From IMG/VR virus record IMGVR_UViG_3300037042_003932, positions 64,001-128,000 of that record: DNA of 64,000 bases. One strand, given 5' to 3'. The position numbers and the translations under genes are program-made. Positions 30,901 through 40,369 of this stretch are shown one piece after another. Each line of letters starts with the position of its first letter. Position 1 is the first letter of the stretch. The notes under the pieces are model-generated. The model was given only the letters and a program-made list of their open reading frames with translations. It did no database searches and was not told where the DNA came from. This DNA comes from a virus.

Positions 30901-31526
30901 GTGAGTCCCCCCGAGGTCGTATCAACCACCGTGAAGGTGTACGCATTTCCAGCCGTCCCGCCAACAAGACCGTCCATCACCATTCCCTGCGTGGACAGAT
31001 AGGCGCTACCGATGTGATTCGTGTCTAGACCATTGATGTGCCCACGGACCGTCACGAACCCGTAATCGTTGTTGGAGATGTCCTGCGTAGAGCAGCCCAC
31101 TACGAAAGCCGTAGTAGCTGAATCCGCCTTGGCCAAAGCCACCGTGATGACGTTATTCGTCCCGCCACTATATACACCTGTAGCGTAGACAGCTTGGCCG
31201 TTGTAAATAGTAACGCCCGTGTTGTTGTACACCCGGCGCAGGTCCTCTTGCCCAATCTGGAGCGTGACGTCGCGGCCAATCTCAGCAGAAAGCGTCTTCC
31301 ACGTAGCATCGTAGAAGAGATGACCCTCCGCGTAATCCCCAACAGTTGGAGCTAGAGCAAGCTGAATACTATCGACCGTGGCCTTAAACGCCGTCAGGTC
31401 CGCATAAGCGTTGTTAGCGTTATTTTTTACTTCAACAACACCCGCTGCGTTGTTTATTTTGGGGCCACCCTTGCCAAGTTCAACGAGGGTACCAACGCCA
31501 TCTATGCCATAGTGCTTACTTGACAC
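27900..31526 (-). CDS. Long mosaic tail fibre (1208 aa)
   Basis: GNFGIGTTNPLSLLSVSG, YTLPTA..GQV and HNNMSGL..YQHLT fibre modules; N-terminus shared with 31575..32390; RBS GGAGG. Confidence 0.8.
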   Translation of the reverse strand: MSSKHYGIDGVGTLVELGKGGPKINNAAGVVEVKNNANNAYADLTAFKATVDSIQLALAPTVGDYAEGHLFYDATWKTLSAEIGRDVTLQIGQEDLRRVYNNTGVTIYNGQAVYATGVYSGGTNNVITVALAKADSATTAFVVGCSTQDISNNDYGFVTVRGHINGLDTNHIGSAYLSTQGMVMDGLVGGTAGNAYTFTVVDTTSGGLTYTEVGGAIIVDLGGTTPTRAQVATLINTTTPSAYIQVHVETAGNVIVASVLPFGGGVATTAGDVLYLSAAVPGKLRVGVPDSPNLEIRVGRLITKSATVGRVNIRIYQGYRINDLSDVSAPSPAIDDQLVWNGMNWISRTGVTVSGSAGIDFFADDASIISTGPGQSAYAVEALLKIPRTIAEQPQVVEATTTTTSPKIIECYLYNSALGRTQLDAGTWTVNTYCSVNGASGTPQIDRNVYRVIQGVGTLVMSSTGTTRTATASTGTPFAAGDGTADVSTCGYLQTPDGIFPITTGAVGGDAKVAAVTTLVGYTNEGSSTPIPAGDWKVWKRLFGVNTGNIAYLSTNYGLIPKQSVQGVHALTADGSDRLGEIVFGRSTSTSRIIYYVHNGEVNASNFRTPLITLHNNMSGLNAVGGNYQHLTDANHTALTGGGATTLHTHAVPTTITVAAEATDISSFPLLVTASTGDLGPKTSSGWGLSTAHAYTGTGTATSGLPRMFLGTNAPSGDDSALLICRAVAGTDLFSHAFRDESTFTSLNTGAYASFDSIPVLNGDITYNHIVSFQSRHRYAGGGTLTDSVGFTYVLTTSGAVTASTAFRVYDYAGVGVVTNFYALYIPTLTKPTNHWTIYSTGTSKAYHAGNFGIGTTNPLSLLSVSGDTAARTVFQDGNNGQVTISSPSASADTVTKITFSTPSYGGAGGNAGIGVKWTAVGTEMMFGTSNTYTGISNTALTISNVGLVSIPAGVVLGFDATTPTGNTAGYLKMFSAGDNAYYTTFTAGTQTANATYTLPTAMPTVSGQVFTSTDAGVTSWSSLGVSVGGTGLTAYPAKSIILPAASAALGTTTPATRETRELTTNKQVLDVLKFAHAGVCIAWWSFLLPDSYDGGVINAKITYMNVATDSTNNFLFSLSAGCATDGNPLDLTMGTVQELETVVGDTAEDLKIGTWSTGVTPSGTPAGGKLLVLKLQRDPTDTAHDTTSLDAYVLGLRLEYTVNSWTD

Positions 31527-31574
31527 GTTCTACCTCCGAAATACGTTTCGTAGTAAACCAAAGAAAGGATAGGC

Positions 31575-32390
31575 TTACGCCTCAGACCACTCAACGAAGA
31601 TCGTAGCGGCACCCTGGCTAGAGCTATCCGCCGTATATGTTGCTGTAATCTGAGTCTCAGCAGGCAACATGTAAAAAGTGTCAATACAACACGGACCAAG
31701 CGCTTTCAGGTTGTTCTCTGCAATCGTCATGAACCGATCAGCGTCTCCAGAGTCTCCAACAGTCACAGTAGGAGCTGTTCCGTTAAACGTTTGTGTTACG
31801 TTTACACACACACGGAGAATACGTCCGTAAATTGGGATAACGGCTCCAACGTTCAAAGTTCCAGCTGAACCAAATACCAATGATACTTCTCGAGTCTTCG
31901 TGATCTTGGCAAGAGACGTAGATGTCGATGGACCTAGGTCTACCCACGTAGAGCCATCAGCATCCCACAAGTACGAATGGTCTGCGTCAAACGTGAGTGT
32001 TCCACCCGTAAGTGCGTCTGTTACCGCAATCGAAAGACCTTCAGACGGGATAATCTCTTCCCAAGTAGCCCCATTGTCATAGTAGAGATACTTTACAGTG
32101 TAACCACCACCTGTCGTAGTACACACATACATGCGTCCTGCTACACCTGCGGCAGGAGGAGAACCTCCATTAATCTGTCCGATGATGACCACAGCACCCT
32201 TGGTCTGTAAATACTTAAGGGTCACAACATCATTGGCGTCTACAGGATGACCAGCCCGAAGCTTAGCAAAAGCCGTTCCTGCCTGATCACGCGCTTCGAT
32301 AGTTCCAGAAGCGTCAACGATCTTCGGCCCACCCTTACCGAGCTCTACAGTCCCGTTAAGGCCGTTTACGTCGTAATGTTTTGAAGTCAT
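31575..32390 (-). CDS. Short fibre/appendage protein
   Basis: N-terminal SKHY..G..GTVELGKGGPKI; PVDANDVVTLKYL (fibre stalk motif); C-terminal VTQTFNG..TVTVGDSGDADRF. Confidence 0.7.
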   Translation of the reverse strand: MTSKHYDVNGLNGTVELGKGGPKIVDASGTIEARDQAGTAFAKLRAGHPVDANDVVTLKYLQTKGAVVIIGQINGGSPPAAGVAGRMYVCTTTGGGYTVKYLYYDNGATWEEIIPSEGLSIAVTDALTGGTLTFDADHSYLWDADGSTWVDLGPSTSTSLAKITKTREVSLVFGSAGTLNVGAVIPIYGRILRVCVNVTQTFNGTAPTVTVGDSGDADRFMTIAENNLKALGPCCIDTFYMLPAETQITATYTADSSSQGAATIFVEWSEA

Positions 32391-32413
32391 CTCAAAATCC
32401 TCCTACCTGTGTC

Positions 32414-32809
32414 TCACACAGAGGCTGGTACGCGAGTAATACGATACCTAAAAGACAAATTTTCATCTACGCCACTGGTCACGATGGTCCAATTAACGTT
32501 TCCACCTGTGAGAGTAGTACCAAAAACAATCCCCGTGAAGGGAGAAGCTTCAAAGTAGTTGAACTCATGCGACGTCAGGTACGACGCTATCCCATCATGC
32601 GAAATTGTGATTGTACCGTCTTCTTTGTGGTGACTTGTCACCTTATCAACCATGTACTCAATCTTGAAAGAACTGTACGAAGCAGCAGCTCCCAAAACGA
32701 TGGACACAGAATCACTAGAGCCTGTTACGTCCTCTTGTGCATACGCTGATGCAGCCTCATACAGCTGGTCTGCACGTGATTTAGTGAGAGCATTTTTGAG
32801 TTGAGACAA
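32414..32809 (-). CDS. Hypothetical virion protein
   Basis: RBS AAGGAG before a TTG start; beta-rich sequence. Confidence 0.6.
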   Translation of the reverse strand: MSQLKNALTKSRADQLYEAASAYAQEDVTGSSDSVSIVLGAAASYSSFKIEYMVDKVTSHHKEDGTITISHDGIASYLTSHEFNYFEASPFTGIVFGTTLTGGNVNWTIVTSGVDENLSFRYRITRVPASV

Positions 32810-32931
32810 CGACGTTCTCCTTTGGATTGCGATACCCCAAAAGTATAGACCTTGGGGGATATCCTATAGCAATTTACTCCGTAACGCTAAGATCACACCA
32901 CAAAATAGAAGTAGACAGAAGTACCGAGACT

Positions 32932-33303
32932 CTAAGGAAGAACATCAACCGGTGGTAGTGGTTCAGGTTCAGGAATGGCTAGACCTACCTGGACCGAATC
33001 ATCAGGAATGATCACAGGACTCCCTGGAGAATACAATGTCCCACCAAACACGATGGTCGGGATGTCTTTGTCTTTGCCTTCTTTGTCCTTGATCTTTTTC
33101 TTCGCCTTGGTCTTTGTAGCCCACGTCTCGAGAATGCCCTCGGCGCTCCAGTGGCGATACTGATCCTCGGTCACGCGACAGAGATATGTGACGAACTTAT
33201 CCTTGTCGTCGTACACCGGCACTCGGGCGTAGATTTGATCAGGGGCGTGGCCCTCAGAAATGGCAGAAGGGTCATCGATGTAGCAATCCAAAAAAGTCGT
33301 CAC
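32932..33303 (-). CDS. Small protein downstream of lectin fibre, possible fibre assembly partner
   Basis: GTGA overlap with the upstream gene; RBS GAGG. Confidence 0.55.
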   Translation of the reverse strand: MTTFLDCYIDDPSAISEGHAPDQIYARVPVYDDKDKFVTYLCRVTEDQYRHWSAEGILETWATKTKAKKKIKDKEGKDKDIPTIVFGGTLYSPGSPVIIPDDSVQVGLAIPEPEPLPPVDVLP

Positions 33304-36300
33304 TTATCACCTCGAAACAACTTCACGCCTCCAACCAGGCAGGTCGGCTGATAGGTGCCATCGTGAAACTGGCCCACGAACACCTTTGATTGTCCTGCGG
33401 GAAGTTCACACGAGGCGTCTGTCACTTCCGTGGCGTTATCCACCTTGAGAGAAACCTGATTCGATCTCTCCTGAGTCACCAGCCGATGGTCGACCCCGTT
33501 ACAGACATCCGTTGACGCTGCGCCCGACCACTGCGCCGCTCCGTTGGCTCTGCCTTCGGAATACGCTACGTCATTCGGGGAAATCGCGGTGTAGTTATAG
33601 TCCGACGCATTCCCGCACGATAGGACGATTGAGAAGCCCTGCCGGTTCACGTTCGGGTGCAGGATCTCGCAGCCCAACCGGCACGACTGATACCGGAAGG
33701 GCTGGTTGAACCGCGCCCGCGCTATCGCGCCCATCACGGCCTGGTTGGTGGCGGCTCCGGGCCACACGGCCCCGCCGAGATCCCAAACAGCAGCCATAGA
33801 TACTATAGAAGTAGAAGCACTACTACCAACAGGAGAAGCTGCAACTGTTAACTTTGATTCTGTTATATCTCCGGTAATTCCTGATATATCAGATGAGGCA
33901 TAATAAACTCCATTGACAAACAAATACATCTTTTCAGATCTGTCAAAACAGATCATAAAGTGAGTAGTTACACCTGAAGATGCAGGACCGACCACACTTA
34001 CGGCTGTTCCTGCACCATTGTCTAAATAGCATCTAAACGTTCCACCATTACAATAACAAGTATATCCCTTCTCTGTTCCTGAGGATGCAGCATTTGTTGT
34101 TAATACATATCCTAAAGATGTATCATGATTAAGTATGATTTCAATTGCTCCATCATTTGCTGCAAATGTCCCCCAAGAAGTATCGGCTGCTTGATGATAA
34201 TTACTTGCCCAATATTTTATTGATCTATTTGCTCGACTAACAGCATCCCAATTTGGTGTAGGGTTTGTTCCTGCGCCAACAAAAGCCAATTTTGCTTCGC
34301 TCTCTAGCGTTATATCGTCCCACTCGCAATAAGTGGTGCCAGAACTAGTATTAACCCAAAAATATGGCGCAAGTCCCACCGCAACGTAGGTTGCATCAAA
34401 AGCTTGCCATGATGTTGACGTTGTGCCTGTAAATAACAATACTGCGCCAGAATCATAAACTAGAGGAATTGCCGTTCCATCGCTTCTGACATATCCGCGA
34501 ATTCTATAGGTCTTGCCAATAATTGTTGTTCCTGTTTTTACGAAATACGGATTATTTGTTCCGTTTCTTGCGCAACGCAAACACAAAGAACCGCCGTGAG
34601 GGGTTCCCGCTTCTTTACTTAGGGTCGAACTATTCCCTGAAGCCCAATATGAAGTGTCAGCGGCTTCCATGTTTCCATCGATTAGGATGTTCGCATGGTA
34701 GGTTGACCTGCTTAACCATGTACCGTCTGCCTGACAATCATCGGCTACCAAATAAGCGCATGGGTCGTAATCCGTCCCGCCGATGGTGAGCGCCTGCGGG
34801 AGGTCGTTGAGGTTCCCGACGATGGGCAACCTGACATTGTAGCTCAGCTCATCCTTGTTCCGCGCCACAGCTGCGGCAGCGGTAGGTATGTAGCTAGAGG
34901 GGAACAGCTCAGCAGTGGCCTCGATTTGGATGCCCCACACCCAAGTATTCGCAGTGGTCGTATCCCCCGAAAAAGTGTTATCACCATCTGCTTGTGCAGT
35001 ACGCACCCCATAATTTTTAGCATCCGCTGACCCCGTGAAGCAAATCCACACGCGGTATATACCACTCACTCCCTTGTAGGACTGCGCGTCTACCCCTGCT
35101 GCTGTTACTGCTGCTCCCGCCGTGCCCACCACACCGTTGGAGATGTCAAAGTAGCAACTCACGTTGGTGATGCTAGAGTAGAGCTCCACCCATCCCTTGT
35201 TACCGTACTCGACAAACGCTGATAAACAGTGGTTTGTCGCGGGCAGCGTGTACGCCCCATAAATCCCGTGAGTGGTATCCGTAGCATTGGCCACAATGCC
35301 ATCGGCAGTCGTCGTGCCGTTCGCTGCGACCTGCCCGTTAGCCGTAATCGTAGTCAGGTTCTCCGCTGTCCACGTCGTTGCTAGGTCCTCCGAGTTAGTC
35401 GCCAAGTTAGTAACCTGTGGCTCACAAAGCGCCCGCGTAACTACCTTGCCATTGGCGTCCTTACGCTGGCAAACGCGAGGCCACCCAGAAGAAACTCGGT
35501 GAAGCCACCGAGCAGTGCTAGTCGGAGTCTCATACTTATCCAAGTACGCAGGCGTGGCCCGCGTGAACGTGTGCGCCCCCTGGCGGCGGTCCTGGATACC
35601 CGCGACAAGGGCGAAGCGCTCGCGGGCGATCTTATCGAAGTAGGTGCGGTTCTTTAATGCGCCGGGAAATGGGTTGGTGGTGAGGTCCCACACGCCAAAG
35701 GAGATAATCTGCGACGAACCGTTACCTATCAGCAAAACTCCGCTGCCGGTGGACAAATTACCGGATACACCAGTCAGCGCTCGCGTGTCAGAAAAGACAC
35801 CATTGAGATAACCATATAAGTTCTCGCTGCGGTCACCGAGGATTAGGAGGTGATAGATCGCTCCTGTCACGGGCACTAAGTTCACCAGGCTCTGAACAGA
35901 AGACGACCCATCATTAAAGTAGAACGTCGTCTGATTAGCGCCGTTATTATAAAGTGCGTACCCCTTCGTCCCATTCCACGTTTTAAACGGTAGGTTTTCA
36001 AGATATGGATCGTGAACGTAGACTATCTCAATTGCAAAGTCTTTGTCCGATAGCTGCGCCCAAGTAGTGTTCGCTGCGGTGTGATACTTATTCGATACAG
36101 TATAAATAGCCGACAAGTTCTCAATCGCCGTGACATTCCCATAAGTCGGAGCAGCACCAGACCCTGCTACACTCAACGTCTTAGTGACGTCATGCCGCGA
36201 GGCCCACGCCCCTGTCGCCGGGTTAATGTCGCCTGCCACCAAAAACGCGCACGGCGCAAACCGCACATCGTCGATAGTGAGGTGCGTGTCCAGGCGGTCG

Positions 36301-36374
36301 ATGTTGCCCAAGCACCCTGGCACGTCCAGGTCAAGATTACTCGTGCGCGATTGAACAATACGACGAGAGAGCAT
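33300..36374 (-). CDS. Multi-lectin receptor-binding/spike protein (two paralogous LamG-like modules, CBM4_9-like insert, spike-type TFTRAT..PSSYIPT..RNKD domain)
   Basis: Internal repeat PCAFLVAGD/PCAYLVADD and DRSENLYGYLNGV/DRSEKMYLFVNGV; NILIDGNME..GKTYRIRGYVR..WDDITL. Confidence 0.75.
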   Translation of the reverse strand: MLSRRIVQSRTSNLDLDVPGCLGNIDRLDTHLTIDDVRFAPCAFLVAGDINPATGAWASRHDVTKTLSVAGSGAAPTYGNVTAIENLSAIYTVSNKYHTAANTTWAQLSDKDFAIEIVYVHDPYLENLPFKTWNGTKGYALYNNGANQTTFYFNDGSSSVQSLVNLVPVTGAIYHLLILGDRSENLYGYLNGVFSDTRALTGVSGNLSTGSGVLLIGNGSSQIISFGVWDLTTNPFPGALKNRTYFDKIARERFALVAGIQDRRQGAHTFTRATPAYLDKYETPTSTARWLHRVSSGWPRVCQRKDANGKVVTRALCEPQVTNLATNSEDLATTWTAENLTTITANGQVAANGTTTADGIVANATDTTHGIYGAYTLPATNHCLSAFVEYGNKGWVELYSSITNVSCYFDISNGVVGTAGAAVTAAGVDAQSYKGVSGIYRVWICFTGSADAKNYGVRTAQADGDNTFSGDTTTANTWVWGIQIEATAELFPSSYIPTAAAAVARNKDELSYNVRLPIVGNLNDLPQALTIGGTDYDPCAYLVADDCQADGTWLSRSTYHANILIDGNMEAADTSYWASGNSSTLSKEAGTPHGGSLCLRCARNGTNNPYFVKTGTTIIGKTYRIRGYVRSDGTAIPLVYDSGAVLLFTGTTSTSWQAFDATYVAVGLAPYFWVNTSSGTTYCEWDDITLESEAKLAFVGAGTNPTPNWDAVSRANRSIKYWASNYHQAADTSWGTFAANDGAIEIILNHDTSLGYVLTTNAASSGTEKGYTCYCNGGTFRCYLDNGAGTAVSVVGPASSGVTTHFMICFDRSEKMYLFVNGVYYASSDISGITGDITESKLTVAASPVGSSASTSIVSMAAVWDLGGAVWPGAATNQAVMGAIARARFNQPFRYQSCRLGCEILHPNVNRQGFSIVLSCGNASDYNYTAISPNDVAYSEGRANGAAQWSGAASTDVCNGVDHRLVTQERSNQVSLKVDNATEVTDASCELPAGQSKVFVGQFHDGTYQPTCLVGGVKLFRGDK

Positions 36375-36686
36375 CTACGCCCCTCCACCCATAGTCAGGC
36401 GCGTAATCGTCAACGTGCCCGTGTTGATCATGCCCTTCGCACCGATGAACGTTGGCCCATGAATGGTGTAAGGCATGAGCACATCCTTAGGAAGCTTGTG
36501 CGTGGTTGCCGCCGCTGCGGGAGCAATCGCCCCGAAAGCGATATAGCAATCCTCCGTTGCAAACAACTGCACCTGCGTACCGTGAGGAATAGCCGCTGCA
36601 GTAACCGCCGTGGCCCCCGTAGTGAAAGTGAGGATCTCGGGGTCTGCGTAGGTCGGCATGCCGTAGTCAATGCTGGTGATAATCAC
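36375..36686 (-). CDS. Small virion protein
   Basis: RBS AGGAGG; QLFATEDCYIAFG..P.A pattern. Confidence 0.65.
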   Translation of the reverse strand: MIITSIDYGMPTYADPEILTFTTGATAVTAAAIPHGTQVQLFATEDCYIAFGAIAPAAAATTHKLPKDVLMPYTIHGPTFIGAKGMINTGTLTITRLTMGGGA

Positions 36687-36695
36687 GATGACCTC

Positions 36696-37460
36696 CTATG
36701 ATGGCGACGTTAGAGTCAAGCCGTTAGCGACCACCAATGGGAAGCTCGCGGTCGGAAGCACCTTTCGGGCCTCTCGGTACAAATCGGCATATACCTGTTC
36801 GTCGGCAAGATAGCTGTTCCACATTCTCAAGCCATAAACTGGCGCGACTAACGTATGGTTGAACAGCGTGGTCGTCGGCGCTTCAATCATACTGTGGTCA
36901 ACAACAGAGGTGCTAGCAGTGTCATAAACACCATTGACCATCGTCACCACCTCAAGTAGTGGCCCTCCAACTGTGTATTTAGCACTCATGATGATGTGCA
37001 GAGGAGAACCCTTATGTAATGAAGTAGCCACCGCCGCGCTAGTCAGCTTCTGGTCGATATAGTAGCCTCCACCCCCGATGTCACCACCGTTAAAGCTGGC
37101 CCATATCGCAACGTTAGAAGTCTCCCCTGCGGCAGGACTCTGGTACAGCCCAAGATTCCAATCCCCATCGAGAACACGTGCACTTTTCGCCTCAGTACCA
37201 GATTCTCCCAGGTGAAACATGTCCAACGATAGGAGAGCCTCAATCGTGACCGCTGTTTGCGACGTCGTCATCCACGATTGATCCGCAGGTGCGCCACAGT
37301 ACGTCAACGCTGGAACGCCATGGGTCGGCTGAATCGTTGGAGCAAACCCAGAACCAGCAAGAGTCCAGGCGGTATTGGCATAGTTACGAACGTCACCTCC
37401 GTGAAAGCGGAAGTCCACTACTGCGCTCTTGATAAAGTCTCGAGCTGGTGTTTGCGCCAT
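36696..37460 (-). CDS. LamG/ConA-like lectin protein
   Basis: VTIEAL..LHIIMS..VNGV..GLRMWNSYL; RBS AGGAGG. Confidence 0.6.
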   Translation of the reverse strand: MAQTPARDFIKSAVVDFRFHGGDVRNYANTAWTLAGSGFAPTIQPTHGVPALTYCGAPADQSWMTTSQTAVTIEALLSLDMFHLGESGTEAKSARVLDGDWNLGLYQSPAAGETSNVAIWASFNGGDIGGGGYYIDQKLTSAAVATSLHKGSPLHIIMSAKYTVGGPLLEVVTMVNGVYDTASTSVVDHSMIEAPTTTLFNHTLVAPVYGLRMWNSYLADEQVYADLYREARKVLPTASFPLVVANGLTLTSPS

Positions 37461-37469
37461 AGAATCCTC

Positions 37470-39425
37470 CTACTTTCGGAAGCGTGTCATATAGACCGCA
37501 ATGCTGTCCGTGTGACCATCAATAACCAACTTTACCCACTGGAACATCAACGGCTCAGCGGTCTGGTAGGCCCCGTCAACCGTAATTGCTTGCACACCTA
37601 AGGCGAGCGCCGTGACATCATAGTATCCAGTGGTACCTGCAGGATCATTAGTGGCGAGCACTGTTAACTTATCTCCAGCCGCGCCAATGTTCACACTGAG
37701 AGAAAAGGCGTTGTATCCATCCAATAAAAGAGGCTTAACGATCTCCACAGAGTCGCTAGTAAGATCAGCAATCAACCCATCATTACAGTAATGCAGCGCA
37801 TTAGTAACCATCGTCTTTGACGAGTCTGTCGCGGCATGATAGCCCTTAGGTGGTCCGTCGATCTCAATGATATACTCGTCCGTAGTCACCAACGTACCAA
37901 ACGAGGTCGTCGTGATAACTCCTGCCAGCGGAATCGACCCATCAGGCGTCCAGGTACACACCAAATCCGTACCCCGAGTCTTGATAACACTCGCAGCTGC
38001 ACCCGTAGGTTTACGCGTAATGCGTTTGATTTGAACAGCGTTGATATTCTCAGGAAGCCCAAAGATGTTGATCTCGTCAGCATCCTTCCAAGTAACCTGG
38101 AAATCCCCGGCGATGTTGCTGTAAACCGTCATATCGCTGCCTCCACCGTCCCCGCCAGCGGGGAGTAGGTGCCAGCCCTTGGTGCCGCTGGCGTTAGTAC
38201 CATAATAGTACAAGTTACCCGGACTCGCGCTATCGTTAGCTAACGTAACCGTGTCCATTGCACGACTAATAGAATCGCTAAAGGTGAGAGGCACCTCAAA
38301 TGAGTCTGAGCTAATCCCACCATCTTGGATGTTTCCATACTCATCAATTGTGACGATATTATCCTGGACACCATCTTTGATATTGCCGTCGCAGCAGTAA
38401 GTCGTGTTTCCAGTCCAAGTACCCGATAAGTCCGTAGCCACCCAATCCATACCATTACTTACGAGGCGTACAGATGCAAAGTATTGCATCGTAGCAATAC
38501 TTTCAACGCCCACAGAGCTCCCGTGCCAGATTATCTTAGGTGATGCTCCTTCATTTGACATACCCACGAATAGATACGCAGGTCCAACGTACGTGCTTAG
38601 GCTAAGAATCCTAAGCCAATAACCGGAACCAAAAGCCGAAGCTTCAGGCAGTGTGATCGTAGTACTGAGCTCTCCACCTTCGCCGTCTGTATGAAAAACT
38701 GCGAGATCTCTATTTCGGTCAATCTCAGTTACGATGTACGAGTACCCTTCAACATACTTGTAGTAGTCAGGGATATCACGAATGTTTGGGACAGGAGGAA
38801 CGTTAAAATCAAATGCTAAAGGTTGGCTGAAGCTGTACGTACAAATCGGACCATCGCCAACCTCAATTACGCCTGTGGTTATCCGACCAATACAGACCAA
38901 GTTTCCTACGAGGTTGTACGTAGCAACCGTACCTCCAACTGGCGTAGCTTCAGTCAGAGGCAAATACTCGGATTGGGCTTCACGTTCTGTTAAGTAGAGC
39001 GTGTTGCCAAGAACACACAGGAGCGAAGCAACGTCTTCAGTCCCTGTGTCTCCTCCCAATACGGCGTAAAGCCACAAATTGGCGTAATAGCCCTCGGGTA
39101 TACTTTCAGGTTCTACTTGTGCCGGGAATAACCGATTAGGGTTATCCCACACGACAGGAACGTAATCAAAAGTTGAGTAAATAACATTCCCCAAAGTGTC
39201 GCCGTAGCAATACGGAATAGACGAGGAGTACGAAGGGATCGAATACCTCTTAGTTCCGTATTGGAGTTCTCCTTGGTCAATAGTGAGAAGTCCGTCTGTT
39301 ATCACAATCTTACACGAATGCACACCCAGACGAGCACCATCAGTGTACTTAATAGCCCCGTCAACTTTGTTCGGAATATCCTTATGGTTATCCCGCATAT
39401 CAGAGATCTTCAAAAGTTCAGTCAT
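37470..39425 (-). CDS. Tail fibre-like protein (651 aa)
   Basis: TITLPEAS..SVRLVSNGMDW and LANDSASPGNLYYYGTNASGTKGW fibre modules. Confidence 0.65.
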   Translation of the reverse strand: MTELLKISDMRDNHKDIPNKVDGAIKYTDGARLGVHSCKIVITDGLLTIDQGELQYGTKRYSIPSYSSSIPYCYGDTLGNVIYSTFDYVPVVWDNPNRLFPAQVEPESIPEGYYANLWLYAVLGGDTGTEDVASLLCVLGNTLYLTEREAQSEYLPLTEATPVGGTVATYNLVGNLVCIGRITTGVIEVGDGPICTYSFSQPLAFDFNVPPVPNIRDIPDYYKYVEGYSYIVTEIDRNRDLAVFHTDGEGGELSTTITLPEASAFGSGYWLRILSLSTYVGPAYLFVGMSNEGASPKIIWHGSSVGVESIATMQYFASVRLVSNGMDWVATDLSGTWTGNTTYCCDGNIKDGVQDNIVTIDEYGNIQDGGISSDSFEVPLTFSDSISRAMDTVTLANDSASPGNLYYYGTNASGTKGWHLLPAGGDGGGSDMTVYSNIAGDFQVTWKDADEINIFGLPENINAVQIKRITRKPTGAAASVIKTRGTDLVCTWTPDGSIPLAGVITTTSFGTLVTTDEYIIEIDGPPKGYHAATDSSKTMVTNALHYCNDGLIADLTSDSVEIVKPLLLDGYNAFSLSVNIGAAGDKLTVLATNDPAGTTGYYDVTALALGVQAITVDGAYQTAEPLMFQWVKLVIDGHTDSIAVYMTRFRK

Positions 39426-39461
39426 GGTTTGCTCCTGGGTAATTCATCGAACGAATCATAC

Positions 39462-40361
39462 TCATGGCACGGCAATGCACTCGATTAACAGAGTACCTTC
39501 TATGGCGTCTATCGTAGCCGTGATCGTAGAACTACCCCCTATAGATTCACCCCAAGCTTCTCCCGTAGGATTAACACTTACGTGATTTGTCACGTTATAG
39601 TCAGAGGTCCATGTAACTTGGTTAGTTATGTCTACAGGGTCAACCAAGTTTGTATACGTACCCCACGCGGTACATTGAGTTCCAGACCCAACAGTCACCG
39701 GGTTAGCTACAGTCTCAACCACAATGCTCTCAAGGGTATACACAACTGGTCCAGCATCGTCGTAGATAGACAGCATGTACAGGAGAGCACACGTCATGTC
39801 GTCAGTAGCATTCCATGTGTTCGTCGTATTTATGATTGGGCCAACTTCACCCGTAGGATCAATAAACACGTAGCAAATCGGACCAGTCGCATAAACAGTG
39901 TCACCCGCTACGTGCATTGTGAGTATTGGGGCATTGGGATCGGCAAAAATACGTAAACAACAGTCACCTTCAGCGAGAGTTATTTTGTACGTGAGAGGCA
40001 TTGGATCTTCACGGTCATCAGGAATAGCCTCAGTAATGTCAAAACCACTGAGCACTGAAGAAGAGTACGAGAGGTTAAACCACTCGTCTCCTCTATCCAT
40101 TGTTGTCTGACCCTCGCCGAAGACAGGCATGACAACGTCAGACAATAGCGTTGAGCTAGACCCACCGTTCTCCCACGCATCATTAAGCGCCTTGAGCAAA
40201 CTCCCAGTAGTCCCGTAATTTGTCTCAAAGAGTACCCACTCATCAGCTGATTCACTGATCGTAAGAGCCGGAATAGTTACGGGAGATCCTCCACCTTGAG
40301 CAGCACTGAGGTAACCATCGATCCAACCGAATGCTTCTTTGGTTCTTACTATCTTACTCAT
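39462..40361 (-). CDS. Virion protein with C-terminal Ig-like (Big_2) domain
   Basis: LESIVV..VGSGTQCTAWGTY..DITNQVTWTS..G...STITAT. Confidence 0.7.
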   Translation of the reverse strand: MSKIVRTKEAFGWIDGYLSAAQGGGSPVTIPALTISESADEWVLFETNYGTTGSLLKALNDAWENGGSSSTLLSDVVMPVFGEGQTTMDRGDEWFNLSYSSSVLSGFDITEAIPDDREDPMPLTYKITLAEGDCCLRIFADPNAPILTMHVAGDTVYATGPICYVFIDPTGEVGPIINTTNTWNATDDMTCALLYMLSIYDDAGPVVYTLESIVVETVANPVTVGSGTQCTAWGTYTNLVDPVDITNQVTWTSDYNVTNHVSVNPTGEAWGESIGGSSTITATIDAIEGTLLIECIAVP

Positions 40362-40369
40362 TTGTTACC

